NCBI GenBank assembly: GCA_030688365.1
Contig: JAUYIE010000004.1
Location: forward strand, 5,931 to 69,930
Direction of reading: 5' to 3'
Length of the DNA: 64,000 bases
Source of the DNA: a bacterium
Lineage (GTDB): Bacteria; Patescibacteriota; Patescibacteriia; JACQRZ01
The notes below the pieces were generated by a model that searched no databases, had not been told where the DNA came from, and was given only the letters and a program-made list of their open reading frames with translations. The position numbers and the translations under genes were made by a program. Of the stretch, positions 31,585-42,419 are shown in pieces. The number at the start of each line of letters is the position of its first letter. The first letter of the stretch is position 1.

Positions 31585-32781
31585 TTACATCATCTTCTTT
31601 CTTATAAATGCTGGAATCTCAAGCTCATCATCTTCTTCTGTTACATCTCGTGCGGCTGGTAGATTGTCCTCATCTTCCTCTTCTGTATATTCCTCCAAAG
31701 GCACCGAAGTACGAATGGTTCGTGGTATTGGGGTATGATAAATTGATGCGGGACGAGGTATATGATTTGGAACTTTGCGATCATTCACAACTGATGGCTC
31801 AGCAGCTTTTGATGTCAACTTGTCTTTATCTTTATTTGGAAATCCTGTAGCGATGACTGTAATACGAAGTTCTTCATTCATAGCTTCATCAATAACTGCT
31901 CCAAAAATGACTCTCGCATCAGCAGCAGCCGAACTCGTGATAATTTTTGCCGCCTCATTGACTTCAAGCATTCCAAGTTCAGGACCTCCTGTTACGGTAA
32001 ACAAGATACCTTCAGCACCGTCAATAGATAATTCTAACAATGGACTTGAAATAGCTGCCTTAGCCGCTTCTACAGCTCGGTTGTCGCCTGTTCCATTACC
32101 AATACCCATCAGTGCGGACCCTGTATTTCTCATAATGGCTTTTACATCAGCAAAGTCAACGTTAACTAAACCAGGGACGGTAATGAGTTCGGAAATACCA
32201 CGTACACCTTGTTGCAAGATTTCGTCGGCCATAACAAATGCTTCCTGAAGAGTAGTTTTCTTATCAACAATCTGCAAAATTTTATCATTAGGTATAGTAA
32301 TAATAGAGTCTACTTTTGCTGCCAAATCCTTCCAACCATCTTCTGCTAATCTTTTTCGTTCTGCTCCTTCAAATGAAAAAGGTTTTGTAACTACTGCAAT
32401 AGTCAATGCACCGATATCGCGCGCCAATTCCGCTACAATAGGTGCAGCACCTGTTCCTGTACCACCCCCTAGCCCACATGTAATAAAAACCATATCTGCC
32501 CCTGCAAGTGCATCTCTAATTTCATTTTGACTTTCTTCTGCTGCTTTGCGTCCTACTTCTGGATTCATGCCCGCGCCAAGGCCTTTTGTAATGCTTTTAC
32601 CAATATGCAATTTTACAGACGCTTGAGAAACATGAAGTGCTTGTATATCAGTATTAGCAACAAGAAATTCAACCCCGCGTATTTTTGTTGTGATCATCCT
32701 GTTGACAGCTGAACCACCACTGCCGCCGACGCCGATCACTTTAATTTTTGCAAAGGTCTCAATTTCTGGTCGTATTTCCAT
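31585..32781 (-). CDS. ftsZ: Cell division GTPase FtsZ
   Basis: Tubulin signature GGGTGTG. T7 loop. Acidic C-terminal tail. Confidence 0.95.
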   Translation of the reverse strand: MEIRPEIETFAKIKVIGVGGSGGSAVNRMITTKIRGVEFLVANTDIQALHVSQASVKLHIGKSITKGLGAGMNPEVGRKAAEESQNEIRDALAGADMVFITCGLGGGTGTGAAPIVAELARDIGALTIAVVTKPFSFEGAERKRLAEDGWKDLAAKVDSIITIPNDKILQIVDKKTTLQEAFVMADEILQQGVRGISELITVPGLVNVDFADVKAIMRNTGSALMGIGNGTGDNRAVEAAKAAISSPLLELSIDGAEGILFTVTGGPELGMLEVNEAAKIITSSAAADARVIFGAVIDEAMNEELRITVIATGFPNKDKDKLTSKAAEPSVVNDRKVPNHIPRPASIYHTPIPRTIRTSVPLEEYTEEEDEDNLPAARDVTEEDDELEIPAFIRKKMM

Positions 32782-32854
32782 ACAGTCATTCTAAAAAAAT
32801 TATGGTGTGAGTAGTAATTTGATTCAACACCACAATCTTATCACCAGAAATGCT

Positions 32855-34108
32855 CTATGGCAAGAGAGCCTTGAACCATTTTTTTACTCGCCCTCGTAAT
32901 TCTGAAGCAGATGACGCATTTATAGGTGAAAATGCGGTTCTTTTTTCTTGACGTTCCAAAAGATGCCATCCCCAAAAACATAACCCAATGGCTGTTGTAT
33001 AACGGGGATCACGAAGTGATTCACCTCCAATGATGGTTGATTTCAACTGTGCCTGTGATGCTGAAAGTTTTAGACACCGTTTTGCACAGTCAACGATACC
33101 AGGTAATTTTGCACCACCACCACTCAAGACCACTCCCGCAGGAAGCAATCCACTTCTCCCAACTCGCTTTAATTCTGTTTCTACTCTATCAAATATTTCT
33201 TCAACTCGTGCTTCTAATATCTCGGTAATATATTTATGAGCAATGTATCCTTTTTCAGTGGGATCAATTAACGAAAGATCAATTTCATCTTTTTTTTGAA
33301 TTTGTCGAGAAAGCAATGTCCCATATTCAATCTTTATTTTTTCCGCTGCTTCTAGGGAGACTCGTAGACCTATAGCAATATCTGATGTGATATGATCAGA
33401 TCCTAGAGGTAAAACAAATGCGTGAAATATTTCTCCTTCCTCATAAATCGCGACGCTTGTCGTAGAACCCCCTATATCTACTAGTGCAACACCTAGTTCT
33501 TTCTGACGGCTTGTCAGTGTTGCTTCAGCGGTAGCAATAAGAGCAAAGACTAAATCATCAATCTCAATGCCGGCACGGTAAATACATTTTGTAAAATTTT
33601 TAATCTGCGATGACAGTCCCTGAACAATACGTGTATCAACTTCCAAGCGCACCCCTGACATACCTATGGGATCCTTGATCCCCTGTTGACCGTCAATGAC
33701 ACACGATCGTGGAATGACATGAAGTATCTCATAGTTGGGTGGGGTAGCGATGGCTTTAGCTGCCTCAATCGCGCGTTCAAAATCTTGTGGCGTAATTTCC
33801 CCGTTCATTTTCCCAACAGCGACAACACCTCGACTCGCTCGTGTTTGAATGTGGGTACCAGAAATACCGACCCACGCGGATTGTATCGGTAGCCCGATTG
33901 CCCGTTCAGCCTTTTCTAAACATCTACTTATCGATCCAGCGGCATCTTCCATGCTTGAGACTGCGTCCCTAGAAAATCCTTCGGTAGGATGTTCGAAAGT
34001 ATGAAGAATCTCTACTCCCGCTTGTTCGTCACCTTCTGACGCTTGTGCCACTGCTACGCGAACAGCTGTAGATCCTATATCGAGGCCTGTAATAAATGTT
34101 TCATTCAT
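32855..34108 (-). CDS. ftsA: Cell division protein FtsA (actin-like ATPase)
   Basis: GLDIGSTAVRVAV phosphate-1 motif. Actin-fold motifs. Adjacent to ftsZ. Start placed at MNETF. Confidence 0.9.
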   Translation of the reverse strand: MNETFITGLDIGSTAVRVAVAQASEGDEQAGVEILHTFEHPTEGFSRDAVSSMEDAAGSISRCLEKAERAIGLPIQSAWVGISGTHIQTRASRGVVAVGKMNGEITPQDFERAIEAAKAIATPPNYEILHVIPRSCVIDGQQGIKDPIGMSGVRLEVDTRIVQGLSSQIKNFTKCIYRAGIEIDDLVFALIATAEATLTSRQKELGVALVDIGGSTTSVAIYEEGEIFHAFVLPLGSDHITSDIAIGLRVSLEAAEKIKIEYGTLLSRQIQKKDEIDLSLIDPTEKGYIAHKYITEILEARVEEIFDRVETELKRVGRSGLLPAGVVLSGGGAKLPGIVDCAKRCLKLSASQAQLKSTIIGGESLRDPRYTTAIGLCFWGWHLLERQEKRTAFSPINASSASELRGRVKKWFKALLP

Positions 34109-34148
34109 AATATGGGGTTGTTGCCTGATAACCTTAATAGAAAATAGA

Positions 34149-34526
34149 CTATATGACAATAGTGAACAAATTAATTAACTTGGGGATATAAAGAAATATG
34201 GTCACCAATAATGATGTAATGACTAAAATTAGCATCATTGCAGCAATAATATCCTTTATTGAACGGACATATTCTGACACCCTGGGCTTGATTATATCAA
34301 GCAGTCGTTCCAATGCACTATTTGCACATTCCATTGCTAAAATGCAACCTATTAACAACGAGACTATTGATAGTTCTATAACAGTAAATGATAGTAAAAC
34401 ACCACATATAATGGCCAAAATAGCTGCAACTATTTCAACACGAAAATTTTGCTCTTCACGCCAGACAATAAACAAACCATGACGAGCAAATCGTGCGCTA
34501 TTTTTAAGTGTTGTAAATGAAATCAT
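34149..34526 (-). CDS. Diacylglycerol/undecaprenol kinase (DgkA) family membrane protein
   Basis: 125 aa. Three TM helices. AMECANSALERL resembles the DgkA catalytic motif. Confidence 0.6.
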   Translation of the reverse strand: MISFTTLKNSARFARHGLFIVWREEQNFRVEIVAAILAIICGVLLSFTVIELSIVSLLIGCILAMECANSALERLLDIIKPRVSEYVRSIKDIIAAMMLILVITSLLVTIFLYIPKLINLFTIVI

Positions 34527-34532
34527 AGTTTA

Positions 34533-34967
34533 TTACATTGATGTGAATGCTTTAGTCTCCAATGCACGCATTATTCGTCTGTCCTGCAATTTTTTATGAT
34601 CATAACCATAGATATGAAAAATACCATGTATAACCAAGCGTGCTACTTCATCAGTTAATGAACTACCATATCTATGCGCTTGACGGGCTGCATACGGGAT
34701 GGAAATAAAAATTTCTCCTTCTCCTGTTTTATTATCATGACCATAATAAAATGATAACACATCAGTGGTTCGTCGTAATTTACGATATCTCGTATTATAC
34801 TCTTTCACTTTTGCATCATCCGTGAGAACAACGGTAATAGAAATATGTGGCGCTTTCTGCGCATTCAACGCTTTATTACAAGCGCGTAGACAATGTTGAT
34901 ACCACGCTTTTTTTTGCGGAAGAGTCGGATATGTTGTCCACTCATCCTCAATACATAAATGCAACAT
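34533..34967 (-). CDS. ybeY: rRNA maturation endoribonuclease YbeY
   Basis: HGIFHIYGYDH metal-binding motif. Confidence 0.85.
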   Translation of the reverse strand: MLHLCIEDEWTTYPTLPQKKAWYQHCLRACNKALNAQKAPHISITVVLTDDAKVKEYNTRYRKLRRTTDVLSFYYGHDNKTGEGEIFISIPYAARQAHRYGSSLTDEVARLVIHGIFHIYGYDHKKLQDRRIMRALETKAFTSM

Positions 34968-34972
34968 CGTCG

Positions 34973-35968
34973 CTAAAAAGACAAATCAGTAATCACAAAA
35001 CCTCGAATCATCATCTGAAATACTGTACCGAAACTCATTATATTCTTTGATCCCAGATCATACTTTACAACATATACATATGGCGTTACGACGTTTCCTT
35101 GGTCATCCTTAGAAGTAATATAAACATTTAATCCATCTGAAGACATAACACCTGTCCATGTATCATATGACATGGTTTGTAATGATGAAGTGTCAACATT
35201 TGGTTGATATACAGTACTAAACCAATCCAATGCAGACAATTTTTCCAAATTATCTTGAGCGGTTATACTGACAAACTCTCCAGTAGCGGAACTAAAAATT
35301 ACTTCGCGACGTGCGTTGTCCACAGAATCAACAACCCAACCTGATGGATATAAAAGCTTATATGAATACCCGGGATTAGTATAAGTCGCGGTTCCTGTTC
35401 CTGTTTCAAGCTTTGCAGGGGCTATACGAAGCGGATCATATAGAAAAGTGACTTCTTCACCATCAAGATGTCCATCCTGATCAGTATCGGGTTGTAATGG
35501 ATCCGACTGAAATAACGCTTCTTCAGTATCTGTTAAATCGTCTCCGTCAGTATCAACACTTCCCACATAATTCAGTATAGGAGGAGTAGGCGGAGATGGA
35601 ATAATTACGTCTGTTAATACATCAGGAGACTCCTCAAGCGAGCCCGTGTCATCTGGCTCAAGAATCACATCTTCTTCATTGGGTGCACTTTGTACTATCG
35701 GCTCTTCTGTTTGTACGGCAATCTCTTTTGAAACTGTTGCTTCACTTGCCGGTCTAAATTCAAACCACCAAATAGCAACTCCGGTGCCACACACAAATAC
35801 TACAGTGGCTATAATCCCAACAATGAGCCCTGCGGGGCTATGTTCACCTGACGCCACCGAAGAAGTTCGGTGAGAAGGCATTGTATATACCGTACCATCA
35901 AGAGGATCGTCCATAGTGGGCACCTTCTTTGCTTCTTCAACAATGGGCTCTTCTATAAAATCAAACAT
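34973..35968 (-). CDS. Membrane-anchored surface protein with Ca-binding DxDxDG (thrombospondin type-3-like) repeats
   Basis: DTDGDDLTDTEE and DTDQDGHLDGEE motifs. N-terminal TM. Confidence 0.6.
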   Translation of the reverse strand: MFDFIEEPIVEEAKKVPTMDDPLDGTVYTMPSHRTSSVASGEHSPAGLIVGIIATVVFVCGTGVAIWWFEFRPASEATVSKEIAVQTEEPIVQSAPNEEDVILEPDDTGSLEESPDVLTDVIIPSPPTPPILNYVGSVDTDGDDLTDTEEALFQSDPLQPDTDQDGHLDGEEVTFLYDPLRIAPAKLETGTGTATYTNPGYSYKLLYPSGWVVDSVDNARREVIFSSATGEFVSITAQDNLEKLSALDWFSTVYQPNVDTSSLQTMSYDTWTGVMSSDGLNVYITSKDDQGNVVTPYVYVVKYDLGSKNIMSFGTVFQMMIRGFVITDLSF

Positions 35969-35984
35969 ATATAATCATGAAGTC

Positions 35985-36725
35985 TCAATTAGTCGGTAAC
36001 ACCAATAAACGACCAGTGCCCTTAGGGTCATAACCATTTTGAACTTCTGATCCATCAAGATATCCGTCACCGTCTGTATCAGCATTTAATGGATCAGTAT
36101 GGTAAATCTCTAATTCCTGACGATCTGATAGCATATCGTTATCAGTATCGGGAAGATAAGGATTTGTGCCGTTAAGTGCTTCCTGTTCATCAGTAACCCC
36201 GTCTTCATCTTGATCCACGGTTGCTGGATCAATTACTGCCGGTTGAGTGGTTTCGTCCGTTGCTGAATTGTCTTGTGAATCATAGGGCATTGCTTGTTCA
36301 TCTGTCGGGTTTGTTGATGAATCGTAAACGGGTTGCACTGGTTGATTTACAGGTGTTTGTTCACTTGACGGTTGTGATACTTCATTGGGAGTAGAAGAAT
36401 TACCCGTCATACTCATAACTAACCAGATTACCAGTACAATAGCGACAATTACAAGCACCCCAGCCACGATCATAATCACAATTTTTTTATTCATACCGCC
36501 TTGTGTAAGCGGAGCTGAATATGGATTGTACGTCTTACCGCTTGCCGGAGTCGATTCTGTCACATTTGGTGATGATTTTAGTGGTTCAGTATCACTAAAA
36601 ATATCCTGCACCGGTTCTGATGGCATAGGAGGTTGTGCAGAAGGTGTCGGTGGTGTGGACATCTGCGCAGGATCGCCCATATGCTTTGGTTGAGGTGTAA
36701 AAATGTCATCAGGCATACAATTCAA
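35985..36725 (-). CDS. Pro-rich membrane-anchored protein with Ca-binding DxDxDG repeats (paralog of the preceding gene)
   Basis: DQDEDGVTDEQE, DTDNDMLSD and DTDGDGYLDGSE repeats. Central TM helix. Confidence 0.6.
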   Translation of the reverse strand: MNCMPDDIFTPQPKHMGDPAQMSTPPTPSAQPPMPSEPVQDIFSDTEPLKSSPNVTESTPASGKTYNPYSAPLTQGGMNKKIVIMIVAGVLVIVAIVLVIWLVMSMTGNSSTPNEVSQPSSEQTPVNQPVQPVYDSSTNPTDEQAMPYDSQDNSATDETTQPAVIDPATVDQDEDGVTDEQEALNGTNPYLPDTDNDMLSDRQELEIYHTDPLNADTDGDGYLDGSEVQNGYDPKGTGRLLVLPTN

Positions 36726-36744
36726 AATAGAAGTTAAAAGTCTA

Positions 36745-39700
36745 TTAGGGTTTGGTAGTACAATATGGGTTTATTGTACTGAAATGCTGTGGATCTTCAA
36801 GATTCATACATATTTCGTATCCAGTACCATCTGAAGTCTTATACGTATAGATATGAGAATCTTTCTGCGCCTTAGCAGCATCTGTTCGTAGAGCACTTTC
36901 AACATCGTTCCCATATCCAAAGTCACCATTTTGTGCGTTCCAACATGTCTTTTGATCAAATCCGGAGGGACACAATGGAAATGCCTTGCCTTCTACTTTT
37001 GCCAGTGGGTCAGCGGGAAGGGCTACACGTAATGCGTTACCTAAGGTACTTTGCCAGGACGGCCATGCTGATGTTGATTGTCCTTTTATAAAACTTCCGG
37101 AAGCAAGGGCAGGATACGGTATCGCATTATTTTTAGCATATTTACTCAACAAATACTGCATATCAGCCATATCTGAGAGACGATGTAAATCTCTTCTCAT
37201 TATATCAGGATTGGTATCATGTGCAACACTCATCACCAATTTCATATTTTGCAAAAGACTCGCAAAGATTTGTTGTGTACTACTTTTCGCGCCTACGTTA
37301 TAGGAAAATGAAAGAATATAAAACACGTTATCCGTTCCTTGTATGAAAATGTATACACCCGTACTGTCACGAACAGCCTGATAACCATCAACGAGCGTTG
37401 AAGAAGGGCTTTCTTTCCCTGATTGATGTACGCGATACCATTGATATGCTGAAAGCATATCATTATTTTTCGCAATACGAACTGCAATGACATCACTATT
37501 TTTGGTATCTACAATATTTAAATCCCCTTTTGTAGAATCAGCAAACGGAAAAATAAATTCTTGCTGAAATATTCCTCGATCAGTACTATTGGGATCTACC
37601 TGTATCGGCGGCTTTAGTAAACCAGGGAGTAAATTTGTTGATGTATTTCCTCGGCAATAGTATGACTTAAAATTATATGCGGCAAGACCAGAAACATCTG
37701 TACTGTCAAATTCCCATAGTTCTGAACATAAGTAACTTTTAATTGGAAAATGCTCGGTCTTCACTGGTCCTTTTGTTTGGCACTCTAGCTCCTTTTGAGT
37801 ATCCGTGATTTTGTCCGGAGGATCACATGTTGGATCACGTTGGGTCAACGTTACACTCATACTTGCATTACCACTCGTAGGCATTGCAGTCACCTCAAGA
37901 ATTGATTGATTAGTTGCACCACTAAACTGAATAATACTGTCACCTGTTAATTTCCACTCATATGATTGGACTACTATTTCAGAATCATCATAGGACATAC
38001 CAACTGCCTGATACACATGCTGATTTCCTGGTTTAAAAGGATTTTGATCTCCAATACCACAATCATTACCGGCACAACTGATAAAATCAACATCATTAGC
38101 GGGTAATGAGTCACCATTAATGTAAATTAAAACGTGATCCAAAGGTGCAATCTCATCTCCAACATCAACCGGAATCAAAGAACCGTCGCCCCCATTGTCA
38201 GGAGGTGTGCTGTTGTCAGGAGGTGTGTCGTTGTCAGGAGGTGTGTCGTTGCATGTATATTCAGTAGATGTGACTTCAATAGTATCTAATGTACTATTTT
38301 TATTTGTATCAAGTCCTGTTTCAATTTTTCTTCCTGCATATGGACAATTACTTCCTTTCGGTTCATATGTATCTCTCACAAGACTAAAAATCTGATTATC
38401 ACCAGACCCTGAATTGCACGCGTATTCAGTAGAGCTCACTTCGCTGGAATCCAACGTACCATTTCTATTTGTATCAAGACCAGTATCAGTCCTGCGTCCT
38501 CCATTTTGACAATGGGATCCTGGTGGTTCATCACTGGCAGTAATGAGACGATTTATAGGTAACGGAGACGAACCACCATTATCATTGTCTCCAGACTGAT
38601 TGGTTGGAGGAGGAGTATTGCACGCATATTTTGTAGAAGTGACCTCGTTAGGATCCAAGATACCATCTCTATCAGTATCCAGTCCTGACACTGTCTTCCT
38701 TCCTGCATACGGACAATTACTACCACTTGGTTCGTATGTATTTCTCACCAAATTATAGAGTGTATTGTTCCCGGAACCCGCATTACACGCATACGAGGTA
38801 GCAGTTACTTCTCTAGAATCCAGCACACCATTTCTATTTGTATCCAGACCGGCATCAGTCCTGCGTCCTCCATTTTGACAATGAGATCCTCTTGGCTCGC
38901 TGGTCACTCTTACAAGATTATTGAGGGGAAGTGTGGACGATCCTTGATTGGATGTTGGAGAAACGCCGTTAGGGGTAATTCCTCCCGTAATTTCAATATT
39001 ATATTTTTTATTGCACTGCAACTGTGTCTTTGGAATAAAACGAACTTCTGTGCGGGCATCATCACCGATTCCAACAGTGTTAAATTCAAAATGTCCATTT
39101 GCATTTGGTACTATTCTCATCCTGCTGCGCGCGCTTTCCTCATTGATTACCTGATTAAATGTCACCTTAATAATGCTATTGCAATAAGCGTTAGGAGATT
39201 TTGGTTGGACGTCAATCACTGCCACCTTCTTGGGTGTAGTGGCACATTTTGCATTTACACAATTATTGGATGAACATTGTTGTGGACTATAACACTTTCC
39301 TCCGATCGGCAATCCTCCTTGAACACATTTAGACTCAAAACAGTTATTTGAGATACATTCGTTATTCGCACTACAACTTTCTCCAATTACCTTCAATACT
39401 GATTTACATGTACCTGAACTACACCATAACCCTTCCTTGCATTGAGTGTCCCATGTACAAGCAGCTGTTTCTCCAAGGTCCCCACGCACGCATTTATTCT
39501 CTTCACCACATACACCAGAACTACATTCTTCATTTTTTGAGCAAGATTCATTTAATTGCTTCAATTCACCTGTAAAAAAACTCCAGCGGTATGTACAAGA
39601 AATCACTGTGTTCACGCATGTACCAGTGGTTCTAAATGAACCATCACTACAACAAGTCCGCGACTGATCGCCTGCTGCTACATTACACCTGCCCACCTCA

Positions 39701-40413
39701 AACGGAACCGGATTACTCAAATTGTTATTTCCATCTACAACACGAATATTTCCTGATGTAGTCAGCAAGACAGGTGTTACTGCTTCTATGTATTTATCAG
39801 ACCAACCACCGGGTTGAATCGTGGCATCACCTTTGTCAACTACGAGACGACCTGTTGTCTTGGAAAAATTTTCTCCGTAAACCTTCACTGCAATACCTGC
39901 AGGGCCGTTATCGGGTGAAACTGCGCAAATGCCCGGTGTGGGTGGTGCAGATGTAACAGTAAAAGTATTTGAGTATGATGCGACTTGGCTATCCGCCCGA
40001 TATACCTTGATCGTATATTGCCCGGTTTCAAGACCTTGCGGTACCTTTGCGATCAGATAAGAGTTATGCCATGTTTGACCTTCACAACCACTCACGTTTG
40101 GTTTGTCTGACGGTACCTCAAGCCCGCGACGTACAAAAACCACTTTACCGGGTGTGGATCCAAAATATTGTCCTTGAAGCGTCATATACTGTCCTTTTCC
40201 ACCAGACTCTGGCCAAATCTTTGAAATTCTAGGAGCCCCAATACTAACAGAATCCTCTGCAAAAAGCGCATATGGTGATCGCATCAATAAAAAACCTACT
40301 AGTGCAACTGCAATAACACTGCCAAGTATACCACCTATCGTCATCGTATGAATTGAAAAACGAAATTTGTTCATAAAAATTATTGCAAAGGACCCACGCA
40401 GGATGCAAAACAA
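36745..40413 (-). CDS. Giant Cys-rich surface protein / putative adhesin with IPT/TIG-like domains and internal repeats
   Basis: 1222 aa. N-terminal anchor. Four repeats of GLDTNRNGxLDSxEVT..YACN. PPDN tandem repeats. Many paired Cys. Confidence 0.75.
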   Translation of the reverse strand: MFCILRGSFAIIFMNKFRFSIHTMTIGGILGSVIAVALVGFLLMRSPYALFAEDSVSIGAPRISKIWPESGGKGQYMTLQGQYFGSTPGKVVFVRRGLEVPSDKPNVSGCEGQTWHNSYLIAKVPQGLETGQYTIKVYRADSQVASYSNTFTVTSAPPTPGICAVSPDNGPAGIAVKVYGENFSKTTGRLVVDKGDATIQPGGWSDKYIEAVTPVLLTTSGNIRVVDGNNNLSNPVPFEVGRCNVAAGDQSRTCCSDGSFRTTGTCVNTVISCTYRWSFFTGELKQLNESCSKNEECSSGVCGEENKCVRGDLGETAACTWDTQCKEGLWCSSGTCKSVLKVIGESCSANNECISNNCFESKCVQGGLPIGGKCYSPQQCSSNNCVNAKCATTPKKVAVIDVQPKSPNAYCNSIIKVTFNQVINEESARSRMRIVPNANGHFEFNTVGIGDDARTEVRFIPKTQLQCNKKYNIEITGGITPNGVSPTSNQGSSTLPLNNLVRVTSEPRGSHCQNGGRRTDAGLDTNRNGVLDSREVTATSYACNAGSGNNTLYNLVRNTYEPSGSNCPYAGRKTVSGLDTDRDGILDPNEVTSTKYACNTPPPTNQSGDNDNGGSSPLPINRLITASDEPPGSHCQNGGRRTDTGLDTNRNGTLDSSEVSSTEYACNSGSGDNQIFSLVRDTYEPKGSNCPYAGRKIETGLDTNKNSTLDTIEVTSTEYTCNDTPPDNDTPPDNSTPPDNGGDGSLIPVDVGDEIAPLDHVLIYINGDSLPANDVDFISCAGNDCGIGDQNPFKPGNQHVYQAVGMSYDDSEIVVQSYEWKLTGDSIIQFSGATNQSILEVTAMPTSGNASMSVTLTQRDPTCDPPDKITDTQKELECQTKGPVKTEHFPIKSYLCSELWEFDSTDVSGLAAYNFKSYYCRGNTSTNLLPGLLKPPIQVDPNSTDRGIFQQEFIFPFADSTKGDLNIVDTKNSDVIAVRIAKNNDMLSAYQWYRVHQSGKESPSSTLVDGYQAVRDSTGVYIFIQGTDNVFYILSFSYNVGAKSSTQQIFASLLQNMKLVMSVAHDTNPDIMRRDLHRLSDMADMQYLLSKYAKNNAIPYPALASGSFIKGQSTSAWPSWQSTLGNALRVALPADPLAKVEGKAFPLCPSGFDQKTCWNAQNGDFGYGNDVESALRTDAAKAQKDSHIYTYKTSDGTGYEICMNLEDPQHFSTINPYCTTKP
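38197..38250. repeat. Tandem 18-bp repeat x3 (gtcaggaggtgtg[c/t]cgtt) inside the giant surface protein gene, encoding PPDN(D/S)T
   Basis: Three consecutive near-identical 18-mers read directly from the sequence. Confidence 0.7.
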
Positions 40414-41945
40414 TTTTGATATATATCGCGCGCTTGATTATTTACTTCTGGAGAATAAGTAGTATCCTCTTTTAAGATATCATGCAAAATCTTTGAAACT
40501 GTTTGTTTTTTTTCTAAATCTAAATCACTGTCAACTGAATATTGCAATCCTCGATCAAGTATGATCGATGACTTGTTCAATGTACTCAAATCCATAATCT
40601 TTGAAAAATGAATTTCTATCGGTGCAACACGATCAACGCGACTTCCATTTCTGCCTGGTATAACAGAAACAATTGTCGGCATAGTCGTATCTATATTGTT
40701 ATTTGTAGAGAACGACCATATATAATCATCCTCATTTGTACCCTGTGCGATACCATCCTTCTTGGTACCTCCCTCTCCCCCACCATCTAACGAATTTCCC
40801 TGGGTATCCACTATTCCGTCAGGTGGCGTTGCAGCAAGATTTGGAGCACTACCATCGCGTGGATTTTTGATGGTCGCGGTTTTGATTCGTACGCTAATAT
40901 GGTCGCTGACCGGTAAGCAAAATATTCGTTCATTACATTGATTTGATCCACATACACTATCGGACGTAAACATCAATGTCTTATAATTATTATATATCCC
41001 AACACTTCCCAAAATGGGCTTTTGAGATTTGACATCAGTCAGCTGGATAAAACTACTTTTAAGTGCTGTCGGGTCAAGCGCCTTGGAAAACGTCATTTGG
41101 ACCAAAGAATTACGAGAGGAAGAGTCCTTTCCTGATACAGGAAATACCGATACAACGTATGGTGGGTCGGTATCAATAGTGTTTCCAACGTAAAATACCC
41201 ATGAATATGTACCTGTACCACCCAGCATGGAAGTGTGCTGACTGTTTTGAACCGATGACAAAATAGTTAATTTATACTTTGTTGATGGTTCGTCCGATGA
41301 ACCTAAAAGCTCATCGGGACTGATCTTCAAGGTTTTTTTATCCTCACCAACCGTCACATGCGCTACGGTCAATTCACCTTGTGGTGCATCATCCGCTTGT
41401 AATTGTTGAATGGTGATGGCATCTTTTTTTAAAACTCCCTGACCATCACCTACGCTTGTTCCATTCACTTCTTCAATAAATGTAACCAAAATAGATACGT
41501 TTCTCGCAACATTTCGTTGGTCGCGCAACGGATAATGTTGTGCAATTTTGGATGAAGGTCCAAGAGAATCGCCAAAACCCCCTTCAATTTGAAAACTCTC
41601 CGGTGATTTTACTATTGAGGATTGTTTGGGGCTTCTTGACATAAAAAATGTAATCAAAGCAAACAAAAGTAGGCAGATTACAAGCGCTATGCCTGATATA
41701 AATACTAGTCTCTTTGAACGCTCAAATTCAAACACATCATCGCGCACACGTCGCATCTGAATAAACCCATATATTACCACACCCAAGGATACAATACTCC
41801 CGACAAGCCAAACAATCTGTAAAATTCGCAATACAGTAGACCCAGATCCAAGAGCAGATGATTCGGCGGCGTATACACCAAACGGGAGCACGGCAATTGC
41901 CAATACCCCCAAAAGGAATACAAATAATCTCTTTGCGACACGCAT
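40380..41945 (-). CDS. Membrane-anchored surface protein with Ig-like beta domains
   Basis: 521 aa. Two N-terminal TM helices. Extracellular beta-rich domains. Confidence 0.55.
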   Translation of the reverse strand: MRVAKRLFVFLLGVLAIAVLPFGVYAAESSALGSGSTVLRILQIVWLVGSIVSLGVVIYGFIQMRRVRDDVFEFERSKRLVFISGIALVICLLLFALITFFMSRSPKQSSIVKSPESFQIEGGFGDSLGPSSKIAQHYPLRDQRNVARNVSILVTFIEEVNGTSVGDGQGVLKKDAITIQQLQADDAPQGELTVAHVTVGEDKKTLKISPDELLGSSDEPSTKYKLTILSSVQNSQHTSMLGGTGTYSWVFYVGNTIDTDPPYVVSVFPVSGKDSSSRNSLVQMTFSKALDPTALKSSFIQLTDVKSQKPILGSVGIYNNYKTLMFTSDSVCGSNQCNERIFCLPVSDHISVRIKTATIKNPRDGSAPNLAATPPDGIVDTQGNSLDGGGEGGTKKDGIAQGTNEDDYIWSFSTNNNIDTTMPTIVSVIPGRNGSRVDRVAPIEIHFSKIMDLSTLNKSSIILDRGLQYSVDSDLDLEKKQTVSKILHDILKEDTTYSPEVNNQARDIYQNCFASCVGPLQ

Positions 41946-41956
41946 GGGTTCGTAAT

Positions 41957-42406
41957 CTATTGTATGAGTTCGTCTATAATAGGAATTACGTCGTTACCTT
42001 GAGCACGAGCCCCAATTTCTTTCATAACAGCACCCATCAGTGGACCCTTCGTTACAGGACGACCTTGTTCCTTTATTTCATTATACACCTTTTGTGCGAT
42101 AACACGAATCTCATCGGACGAAAGCGATGCAGGAAGATAAGACTGTACGATTGTGATTTCCTCTTTCGTGCTCGTAGCAAGATCAGTGCGCGATGCGGCT
42201 ATGAAATCAGACAATGAATCATTTAATTTTTTATATTCTTTACGAATAACGTTTAGAACATCGTCATCTGACAATTCACCACTAGAATCAATTGCAGCAT
42301 TTTTAATTGCTGCTCGAAGTTGTCGCAATACAACAAGCTCATGTGCCCTCTTTTCTTTCATTGCCACAATCATATCTTCGTGAATACGCGTTTCAAGAGG
42401 AGACAT
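41957..42406 (-). CDS. GatB/YqeY domain protein
   Basis: The N-terminal helical region matches the YqeY family (LRQLRAAIKNAAID...). Confidence 0.75.
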   Translation of the reverse strand: MSPLETRIHEDMIVAMKEKRAHELVVLRQLRAAIKNAAIDSSGELSDDDVLNVIRKEYKKLNDSLSDFIAASRTDLATSTKEEITIVQSYLPASLSSDEIRVIAQKVYNEIKEQGRPVTKGPLMGAVMKEIGARAQGNDVIPIIDELIQ

Positions 42407-42419
42407 AAAAATGAAGCTA

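Noticed and set aside
38197-38250. Possible CRISPR-like repeat array
   Set aside because: The units are contiguous 18-mers without spacers, lie inside a long intact ORF, and encode a PPDNxT peptide repeat. No other direct-repeat/spacer array and no cas genes were seen in the window.
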